DNA of 64,000 bases. Origin: Puniceicoccales bacterium (GTDB taxonomy: Bacteria; Verrucomicrobiota; Verrucomicrobiia; Opitutales; LL51). Position numbers and translations under genes: made by a program. Under the pieces are notes generated by a model that was not told where the DNA came from, searched no databases, and was given only the letters and a program-made list of their open reading frames with translations. The stretch lies in contig JAIROS010000002.1 of assembly GCA_031257405.1 (NCBI GenBank), forward strand, positions 10,512-74,511. Direction: 5' to 3'. This document shows, piece after piece, positions 21,885-28,709 of this stretch; position 1 is the first letter of the stretch; every line of letters starts with the position of its first letter.

Positions 21885-22712
21885 CTAACGCCAAAAAAAT
21901 CCACCAGGAAAGAAATCACGTAGCCTCTCAAAATATGAAGCAGTATCTTCTTTATTACGCTCTTCGTTTGTTTTCCCTCCGTTCGCACGCAATAGAGCCA
22001 CTAAATCTTTCACTACTTCGTCCTTCAATCCCTTTTTATTCTGAAAAACCAAATCTATCGGGGTCTGGCCAGTATAAATGGGAGCCATTGAGGCTAAAAC
22101 TAGACCGGGAATATTATTAGTCCTAGTATTTACATCTGCGCCATTGTCCAGCAAAAATCGAACAACATTTTTGTGGCCATTCTCCGCGGCATAATGCAGA
22201 GGCGTTCGCCCTTGATTGTCCCTAGCATTCACTGGAATGTTGTTTCTAAGGACAAGGAATGTAACAATATCAAACTGGCCTCCCTCCGCGGCATAATGCA
22301 GCGCGGTCTTGCCCTGACCATCCTTAATTTTCTCATCTGCGCCATTGTCCAGCAAAAATCGAACAACCTTTTTGTGGCCATTCTCCGCGGCATAATGCAG
22401 CGCGGTCCTGCCCTCATTAAGACCACCTTTCGCCCCAGCATTCACATCTGCGCCATTGTCCAGCAAAAATTGAACAACATTTTTGTGGCCATTCTTCGCG
22501 GCATAATGCAGCGCAGTCTTGCCGTTGTTATCCCAATTTTTCACATTTTTGTCAGACATATTTCTCACGACACATTCGCAGTCGCCTTTTTTTGCGGCTT
22601 GAAAGAACCAGTCATCTCGAAACTCTTCACTCCCCAGAAGATAATTTGCACCTAAGAAGTAACTGCCCACTACCATATATTTAATCATACTTTTTTTATC
22701 TAACTTATTCAT
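21885..22712 (-). CDS. Ankyrin-repeat protein, paralogue 1 (leader type A: MNKLDKK...)
   Basis: 275-aa ORF with repeated 33-aa units (GKTALHYAAKNGHKNVVQFLLDNGADVNA...). It has an N-terminal Ser/Gly-rich hydrophobic leader and an AAAGGAAAA Shine-Dalgarno sequence upstream. Confidence 0.92.
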   Translation of the reverse strand: MNKLDKKSMIKYMVVGSYFLGANYLLGSEEFRDDWFFQAAKKGDCECVVRNMSDKNVKNWDNNGKTALHYAAKNGHKNVVQFLLDNGADVNAGAKGGLNEGRTALHYAAENGHKKVVRFLLDNGADEKIKDGQGKTALHYAAEGGQFDIVTFLVLRNNIPVNARDNQGRTPLHYAAENGHKNVVRFLLDNGADVNTRTNNIPGLVLASMAPIYTGQTPIDLVFQNKKGLKDEVVKDLVALLRANGGKTNEERNKEDTASYFERLRDFFPGGFFWR

Positions 22713-23036
22713 AATATTTTCCTTTCGGTAACCGAACTACCAAGCACATTAATTTCAATCTGTCAAGAACTTTTTTTTTATTTTTTTTGAAAAATTTAGC
22801 ACAGCCCGAAAATTCCCCGCTCCATTGGGCGAGTTGCGGTACAAAAATCAGAAAAATATTAAAAAACAAAATAAAAAACATCCCCAATCCAAAACGGCGG
22901 AGACTTCAAAACCGGAGCAGAGAATCTCTCCCCGCCCCGGATAAATTTTATTTAAATAAGTTTTATCTAATATTTAAATATATAAGTTTTACCTAATATT
23001 TAGGCGTTAATAAGCTCCGGCAGTACGTCTCTGTGC
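22713..23036 (-). repeat. Ankyrin-cassette copy 1 (between ank2 stop and ank1 start)
   Basis: Contains the hairpin (22912..22940), a CCATTGG box (22822..22828), a T-rich tract, and TTGACA (22761..22766) with TTGGTA (22738..22743). Confidence 0.85.
22738..22766 (-). promoter_or_regulatory. Putative promoter of ank1 (TTGACA-N17-TTGGTA)
   Basis: A perfect -35 hexamer preceded by an A-tract. The block TTGACAGATTGAAATTAATGTGCTTGGTA is identical upstream of ank4, and similarity stops right after TTGGTA. Confidence 0.5.
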
Positions 23037-23819
23037 CTAGGATTTAAAACCAGGCAGTTTCCGAAACCAGCTCCGCCAGCTCCTTTCTTGCAAGACTTCA
23101 GCGCCTGTTTTCGCTCCGCGTGCCAGCAATAGAGCCTTTATTTGTTCACGCCGGGCCCGATCCCGATTCTCACACTCCTCGACCAAATCTAGCGCGGTCT
23201 TGCCCTTATCCCGGCCACCAATCACCGTAACATTCACATTAATTCCAGGTGCAGTTAGCAACATTTCAACGATCTCTGTTTTGCCCCATCTTACGACATC
23301 ATGGAGCACGGTATAGCCATAGATATCCGCAGCATTCACATTAATGCCTCGTCTGCCTAGCAACAATCTAACGGTCTCTTTGTTCCTCTTGCGGAACTCT
23401 GTTACGGCCAAAGAAAGCGCGGTATAGCCACTATTGTCCTTAGCATTCACATCGGCGCCTGCGCCTAGCAATAAGTTAGCGTTATCTACGCGGCCATACA
23501 TTGCGGCCCAATGGAGCGGGGTCCTGTTCCATCTATCAGCCCTATCCCTAGCATTCACATCGGCGCCTGCGCCTAGCAACAATTTAACAACTTCTATATT
23601 ATCCCACTGTACGGCACAATGAAGCGCGGTCTCGCCGCCAATTTCACTCCTAGCATTCACATCAATGCCTCCGATTAACGCCGCCCGAACACCTGCTACA
23701 TCGCCCTTTGCTGCGGCTTGATGGAGCGGTGTCCATAGCCCCAGAAGACAATTTGTACTTAATAGGCAACTACTCGTTGCCACACATTGAACTATATTTT
23801 TTATATCTGCGTTTCGCAT
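23037..23819 (-). CDS. Ankyrin-repeat protein, paralogue 2 (leader type B: MRNADIKNIVQCVATS...)
   Basis: 260-aa ORF with ankyrin units (TPLHWAAMYGRVDNANLLLGAGADVNAKD...). Confidence 0.92.
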   Translation of the reverse strand: MRNADIKNIVQCVATSSCLLSTNCLLGLWTPLHQAAAKGDVAGVRAALIGGIDVNARSEIGGETALHCAVQWDNIEVVKLLLGAGADVNARDRADRWNRTPLHWAAMYGRVDNANLLLGAGADVNAKDNSGYTALSLAVTEFRKRNKETVRLLLGRRGINVNAADIYGYTVLHDVVRWGKTEIVEMLLTAPGINVNVTVIGGRDKGKTALDLVEECENRDRARREQIKALLLARGAKTGAEVLQERSWRSWFRKLPGFKS

Positions 23820-24134
23820 AACATATTGTACAATAATACATTTTTAACACTTGGCAAGAATTTTTTTATTTTTTTTTGAAAAATTTTAGCGTAACCTGAA
23901 AAATTTCCCCGTTCCATTGGGCGAGTTGCGGTACAAAAATCAGAAAAATATTAAAAAACAAAATAAAAAAAATATCCCCCATCCAAAACGGCGGAAACTT
24001 TAAAGCCGGAGCAGAAAAATTTTCCCACCCCGGACGAATTGTATCTAAATAAGTTTTACTTAATATTTAAACATATAAGTTTTACCTAAACTCAGGCATC
24101 AATCAACTCCTTTAATGAGCCTTCGCCGCCTCTA
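23820..24134 (-). repeat. Ankyrin-cassette copy 2 (between ank3 stop and ank2 start)
   Basis: Near-identical to copy 3 over about 250 bp. It carries the hairpin (24006..24033) and a CCATTGG box (23914..23920). Confidence 0.85.
23825..23857 (-). promoter_or_regulatory. Putative promoter of ank2 (TTGCCA ... TGTACAAT extended -10)
   Basis: The minus strand reads aaaaaaattcTTGCCAagtgttaaaaatgtattatTGTACAATatgttATG. The -10 lies only 5 nt from the ATG and no Shine-Dalgarno sequence is present. Confidence 0.4.
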
Positions 24135-24989
24135 TTATTCTTCTGAATCTAAATATGCTGCTGCTGCTTCTTCTGCTTCTTTTCGCTGCAGCCGCTTCTG
24201 CCTCCGCAAGCTCAGTATCCGTTTTTGCTCCGCGTGTCTATGCAATAGACCCACTACTTGGGTATGATCTCTCTCATAAGCCAAATCTAGCGCAGTTTTG
24301 CCTCTGTCATCCTTAGCATTCACATCGGCATCTTTCTTTAGCAACAATTCAACAACATCTACGTGACCCTTCGCCGCGGCCAAATGGAGCGCAGTCTCGC
24401 CTTTCTCGCCTTTAGCATTTACATTTGCGCCTGCGTTTATCAATAATTTGACGGGGACTTCGAGGCCCACTACTGCGGCGTTATGAAGCGCCGTCCAGCC
24501 CTTTTCCTCGCCATTACTCACCGTAGCATTCACATTAATGCCAGGTGCAGCTAGCAACAGTTTAACAGCCTTTTTTTGGCCCCAGTCTGCGGCAGTATGG
24601 AGAGGAGTGTAGCCATTTTCGTTCGTAACATTCACGTCCGCTCCTGCGTCTATTAACATTCCAACGACCCTTCCGTAGCTGTCAAATGCTGCGGCCAAAT
24701 TGAGCGCGGTATCGCCACCATCAGTCTTAGCATTCACATCAATGTCGGGCATATCTAGTAATATTTTAACGATCTTTGGGGATCTCGGTGTGACCAAATG
24801 GAGCGCTGTCCAGCCCTCTTCATTCTTAGCATTCACATCAATGCCTCCGATTAACGCCGCCCGAACACCTGCTAAATCGCCATTCGCTGCGGCTTTATGG
24901 AGCGCGGTAGTCCCCAGACAACTTACACTTAAGAAGCAACCACTCGTTGCCACACATTGAACTATATTTTTTATATCTGCGTTTCGCAT
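24135..24989 (-). CDS. Ankyrin-repeat protein, paralogue 3 (leader type B)
   Basis: 284-aa ORF. The first 16 residues are identical to ank2, followed by ankyrin units (GWTALHLV..., GETALHLAAAKGHVDVVELLLKKDADVNAKD). Confidence 0.92.
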   Translation of the reverse strand: MRNADIKNIVQCVATSGCFLSVSCLGTTALHKAAANGDLAGVRAALIGGIDVNAKNEEGWTALHLVTPRSPKIVKILLDMPDIDVNAKTDGGDTALNLAAAFDSYGRVVGMLIDAGADVNVTNENGYTPLHTAADWGQKKAVKLLLAAPGINVNATVSNGEEKGWTALHNAAVVGLEVPVKLLINAGANVNAKGEKGETALHLAAAKGHVDVVELLLKKDADVNAKDDRGKTALDLAYERDHTQVVGLLHRHAEQKRILSLRRQKRLQRKEAEEAAAAYLDSEE

Positions 24990-25338
24990 AACATATTGTA
25001 CAATAATACATTTTTAACACTTGGCAAGAATTTTTTTATTTTTTTTGAAAAATTTTAGCGTAACCTGAAAAATTTCCCCGTTCCATTGGATGAGTTGCGG
25101 TACAAAAAACAGAAAAAAACCTAAAAACAAAATAAAAAAAATATCCCCCATCCAAAACGGCGGAAACTTTAAAGCCGGAGCAGAAAAATTTTCCCACCCC
25201 GGACGAATTGTATCTAAATAAGCTTTACTTAATATTTAAACATATAAGTTTTACCTAAACTCAGGCATCAATCCGCTCCTTCAAGACGTCGCGCCTCTGC
25301 TTCAAGTTCTTCAGCTCTCGCCTGAAGCCCTTGTGCCT
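24990..25338 (-). repeat. Ankyrin-cassette copy 3 (between ank4 stop and ank3 start)
   Basis: Same module as copy 2, with the hairpin (25175..25202) and a CCATTGG box (25092..25098). Confidence 0.85.
24995..25027 (-). promoter_or_regulatory. Putative promoter of ank3 (same TTGCCA / TGTACAAT block as ank2)
   Basis: Sequence identical to the ank2 upstream block. Confidence 0.4.
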
Positions 25339-26736
25339 CTATTCTTCTTCTTCTTCAAGTTCAGCGCCTCTTTTCGCTCCACGTGCCAGCAATAGATCCC
25401 TTATTTGGGTATAATTTCCACGATTAGCAAAATCTAACGCAGTCTCGCCATATTCAACCTTAGCATTCACATCGGCATCTTTCTCTAGCAACAATTTAAC
25501 AACATCTACGTGGCCCTTCGTCGCGGCCACATGGAGCGGCGTATAGCCATTTTTATTCTTAGCATTCACATCTAGGCCGTCCGCAGCTAGCAACGCTTCT
25601 ACGGCCTTTACGTAGCCCTTCTGTAGGGCTAAATCTAACGCTGTCTTGCCATCTTCAGCCGTAGCATTCACATCGGCATCTTTCTCTAGCAACAATTGAA
25701 CAACATCTACGTAGCCCTTCTGTAGAGCTAAATCTAACGCAGTCTCGCCATATTTATTCTCAGCATCCACATCAATGCCGGGTGCAGTTAGCAACAATTT
25801 AACGAAATTCAAATTGTCATTCATTGCGGCATAATGGAGCGCCGTATAGCTTGTGTTATCCTTAGCATTCACATCTGCATTTTTTTTTAGTAACAATTGA
25901 ACAACCTCTACGTAGCCATTCAGTGCGGCCTTAATGAACGCTGTCTCGCCATATTTATCTTTAGCATTCACATCTGCATTTTTTTCTAGCAACGCTTTAA
26001 CAACATCTACGTGGCCCTTCGTCGCGGCCACATGGAGCGCCGTCTTGCCTAATTTATCCTTAGCATTCACCACAATGTTGGATACAGCTAGCAACGATTT
26101 AACAACATCTACGTGGCCATTCTCTGCGGCCAAATGGAGCGCGGTCTGGTCCAAGAAATTCACAACATTCACATTTGCGCCGAAATACATAAGAGATTTA
26201 GCAACAGCTACGTGGCCATTCTCTGCGGCATAATGGAGCGGCGTATAGCGGTAGCTATCCTTAATATCCACTGCTGCGCCTCTAATGGGGATAAAGTATC
26301 TAACAATATCCAAGTGGCCCATCTTTGCGGCCAAATGGAGCGCCGTTTTGCCTCCGTTATCCCTAGCATCCATATTTGCCTCTAATTTTAGCAACTTTTT
26401 TACGATATCGCAGTGACCATTTTCTGCGGCATAATGGAGTGCCGTCTTACTCTTACCCTTACCATCAGTCACCTTAGCATTCACATCTATGCCGTAATTC
26501 ATAAGAAATTCAACGACATTCAAACGGTTATTCGCTGCAGCCTCAATGAACGCGTTCTGGATTTTTTCGTTCTTACCATTTATCTCAATGAGGGATATTG
26601 CATTTTCAACGCCTTCTAAATCGCCATCTCTTGCGGCCTCAATGAGCGCGGTAGCCCCCTGAAGATAACTTGCACCTAAGAGGTAACTACTCACTACCAA
26701 ACCTTTAATTATATTTTTTTTATCTAACTTATTCAT
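25339..26736 (-). CDS. Ankyrin-repeat protein, paralogue 4 (leader type A)
   Basis: The ORF track gives 25339..26781. The ATG at 26736 (MNKLDKKNIIKGLVVSSYLLGASYLQG) matches the ank1 start and has the same Shine-Dalgarno sequence. It contains about 12 ankyrin units. Confidence 0.92.
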   Translation of the reverse strand: MNKLDKKNIIKGLVVSSYLLGASYLQGATALIEAARDGDLEGVENAISLIEINGKNEKIQNAFIEAAANNRLNVVEFLMNYGIDVNAKVTDGKGKSKTALHYAAENGHCDIVKKLLKLEANMDARDNGGKTALHLAAKMGHLDIVRYFIPIRGAAVDIKDSYRYTPLHYAAENGHVAVAKSLMYFGANVNVVNFLDQTALHLAAENGHVDVVKSLLAVSNIVVNAKDKLGKTALHVAATKGHVDVVKALLEKNADVNAKDKYGETAFIKAALNGYVEVVQLLLKKNADVNAKDNTSYTALHYAAMNDNLNFVKLLLTAPGIDVDAENKYGETALDLALQKGYVDVVQLLLEKDADVNATAEDGKTALDLALQKGYVKAVEALLAADGLDVNAKNKNGYTPLHVAATKGHVDVVKLLLEKDADVNAKVEYGETALDFANRGNYTQIRDLLLARGAKRGAELEEEEE

Positions 26737-27010
26737 AATATTTTCCTTTCGACGACGACATACCAAGCACATTAATTTCAATCTGTCAAGAACTTTTTTT
26801 TATTTTTTTGAAAAAAATTTAGCACAGCCTGAAAATTCCCCGCTCCATTGGGCGAGTTATAATACATAAAATCAGAAAAAATATTTAAAAATAGAATAAA
26901 AATATCACTCATTACATTAATTTCAATCTGTCAAGCTTTTTTTATATTTTTTTGAAGAAATTTTCCCGCTCCATTGGGTAAGTTGCGGTACAAAAAACAG
27001 AAAAAAACCT
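26737..27010 (-). repeat. Ankyrin-cassette copy 4, with two promoter modules in tandem
   Basis: TTGACA at 26784..26789 is the functional ank4 copy, and a second one lies at 26929..26934 with no ORF behind it. There are two CCATTGG boxes (26845..26851 and 26971..26977). Confidence 0.8.
26761..26789 (-). promoter_or_regulatory. Putative promoter of ank4 (TTGACA-N17-TTGGTA)
   Basis: Identical 29-nt block to the ank1 promoter. Confidence 0.5.
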
Positions 27011-27205
27011 AAAAACGAAATGAAAGATGGCTTTTCGGCCTTTTAATCGAAGAATTTTCGGTAAAAATATCCATTAAATTTTATCAATAAAACACATCTC
27101 TCGAGTGTGCTTTTTGTCGGCGACTTCAGCCGCAACCCATCGCTTTTCGGCCCCTTAGTCGAAGAATTTTCTTGCCGCCACCAATTATTTTATATTTTTT
27201 TGACC

Positions 27206-28153
27206 GTGAATATTCTAATGACAGGCGCCGGCGGGTACATCGGTAACCACTGCACGCTGAAACTCCTCCCCTCAGGACACTCCCTCTTCGGCCTCGACGC
27301 CGTAAAACCTAAATATACATCCCTTTTCCGAAATTTTTACACCGGTGACCACGGCAATACCGCTCTGGTACAACGCATTCTAAAGGAGGAGCGCATCGAG
27401 TGTATCATCCACGCTTCCGGCTCGTCAAACGTCATGGATACGGTCCAAAACCCAATAAAATATTACTGCAACGACCTCATGGGAACTATATTCCTCCTCC
27501 AAACGGCCCTTGAAAATAATGTGAAAAAATTAGTTTTTCTCTCTTCGGCGCAGGTCTACGGCAACAGCTCGCCACTGTCGGCCACGGAAAATACGTCGCC
27601 CAATCCTATTAATCCAATGGGGAAAATAAAGCTCGCCATCGAACAATTAATCGAGTCGCTGTCAATTTCTCACGACCTGCACTACGCCATTTTACGGATT
27701 TCAAACGCCATTGGTATGGATCATCAGGCGGAAAATTTCCCGTCCAATGGCGACCTGCTCTCCCAAATATTACTCAATGAGTCGCTCGACCTGTTCGGCA
27801 CCGATTTTAATACGGCGGATCATCGGGCGGAACGCGATTTTATCCATGTCAATGATGTGGCGCAGGCCGTTTTACAGGTACTGCCAAAACTCGGCGGCTT
27901 CCAAAAGAATTTTTGCTACAACATTGCTTCTGGCAAGAGTTATTCGGTGGCGGATTTCGTCAAATTTGTTGAAAAAGCGGCGCATTTGACCGTCACCATT
28001 GATCCTCGGGAGCGGCGGAGCGGCGAAATCGAACGCCTCGCCATCGACCCGTACTCTGCCCAACGGGAACTCGGCTGGCGCCCGCAATATTCGTTGGAAT
28101 ACATGATCGAATCAAGCGTCAATTGGCTCAAAACTCACGAAATCTGCATCTAA
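27206..28153 (+). CDS. NAD-dependent epimerase/dehydratase, GalE-like, catalytic Tyr replaced
   Basis: The ORF track gives 27107..28153. The likely start is GTG 27206 or ATG 27218, before the Rossmann motif MTGAGGYIGNH. FLSSAQVYG is conserved, but the YxxxK motif reads MGKIK. Confidence 0.8.
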   Translation: MNILMTGAGGYIGNHCTLKLLPSGHSLFGLDAVKPKYTSLFRNFYTGDHGNTALVQRILKEERIECIIHASGSSNVMDTVQNPIKYYCNDLMGTIFLLQTALENNVKKLVFLSSAQVYGNSSPLSATENTSPNPINPMGKIKLAIEQLIESLSISHDLHYAILRISNAIGMDHQAENFPSNGDLLSQILLNESLDLFGTDFNTADHRAERDFIHVNDVAQAVLQVLPKLGGFQKNFCYNIASGKSYSVADFVKFVEKAAHLTVTIDPRERRSGEIERLAIDPYSAQRELGWRPQYSLEYMIESSVNWLKTHEICI

Positions 28154-28159
28154 CTTGAA

Positions 28160-28545
28160 CTAAAAATCCCCCATTGTCAAGACGTTTTTCGGAAATGTTT
28201 TGAAAACTAAATATCTCGGCCTGGAAAAATAAAAAATAACACCAGCGAAAATTAGAATTCCAAACGCGGCATTCTCCCCACCCTCTGCACCTAGCCAATC
28301 AGAAAAATTTCCAATTGTCAAGGCGTTTTTTGGAAATATTTTAAAAATTAAATATTTCGATTCGGGAAAGTGAAAAATAACACCAGCGGAAATTAGAATT
28401 CCAAACGCGGCATTCTCCCCGCCCCATGTACATAGCCAATCAGAAAAATTTCCAATTGTCAAGGCGTTTTTTGGAAATATTTCAAAAATTAAATATCTCG
28501 ATTCGGAAAAGTGAAAAATCAAACAATCGCACAATACTTACCCAA
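28160..28545. repeat. Tandem repeat, 141-bp period, about 2.7 copies
   Basis: The anchor ttgtcaa recurs at 28174, 28315 and 28456. Each unit carries a minus-strand TTGACA-N17-TTGGCT plus GGGGCGGGGAGAATGCCGCGTTTGGAATTC. Confidence 0.9.
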
Positions 28546-28632
28546 TCCGCTAAACTTTTTCACCTTATCCCAAAATTTCATACTTTACTATTGCCAAAAT
28601 ATATAAAATTCTTCCCATCTCCCATAACCCCG

Positions 28633-28709
28633 CGGGGCGTAGCTCAGCTTGGTAGAGCGCATGTTTTGGGTACATGAAGTCATCGGTTCGAGTCCGGTCG
28701 CCCCGACCA
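28633..28709 (+). tRNA. trnP: tRNA-Pro (anticodon TGG)
   Basis: Hand-folded: CGGGGCG-TA-GCTC-AGCTTGGTA-GAGC-G-CATGT-TTTGGGT-ACATG-AAGTC-ATCGG-TTCGAGT-CCGGT-CGCCCCG-A-CCA. Confidence 0.92.

Noticed and set aside
22705-22887. Small hydrophobic ORF (MGMFFILFFNIFLIFVPQLAQW...) inside ankyrin cassette 1, with shorter open equivalents in cassettes 2 and 3.
   Set aside because: The Phe/Ile/Leu run is simply the translation of the T-rich tract. The frame is closed by TAA in cassettes 0 and 4, and it reads through the promoter of the next gene. I take it as not coding.
21591-22996. Plus-strand 70-aa and 69-aa ORFs (21591..21803 and 22787..22996) in the ankyrin cassettes.
   Set aside because: They are not conserved as open frames in cassettes 2 to 4, and their Lys-rich low-complexity translations come from A-tracts.
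28160-28534. 124-aa minus-strand ORF running through the 141-bp tandem repeat (47-aa protein repeats).
   Set aside because: A stop-free unit whose length is a multiple of 3 gives a long ORF automatically. Differences between units are mostly non-synonymous (S/P, E/K, CTW/GAE, H/Y). There is no Shine-Dalgarno sequence or plausible start. I treat it as non-coding repeat DNA.
28160-28545. Possibility that the tandem repeats (here, at 62045..62425 and at 63726..64000) are CRISPR arrays.
   Set aside because: The whole 141-165-bp unit is repeated head-to-tail. There is no alternation of short conserved repeats with unique spacers, and no cas genes are present in the window.
21534-28632. An integrase, transposase or phage gene that would make the ankyrin segment a classical mobile island.
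   Set aside because: No ORF of 60 aa or more in the segment has recombinase-like motifs. Only ankyrin genes, the epimerase-like gene and repeat DNA are present.
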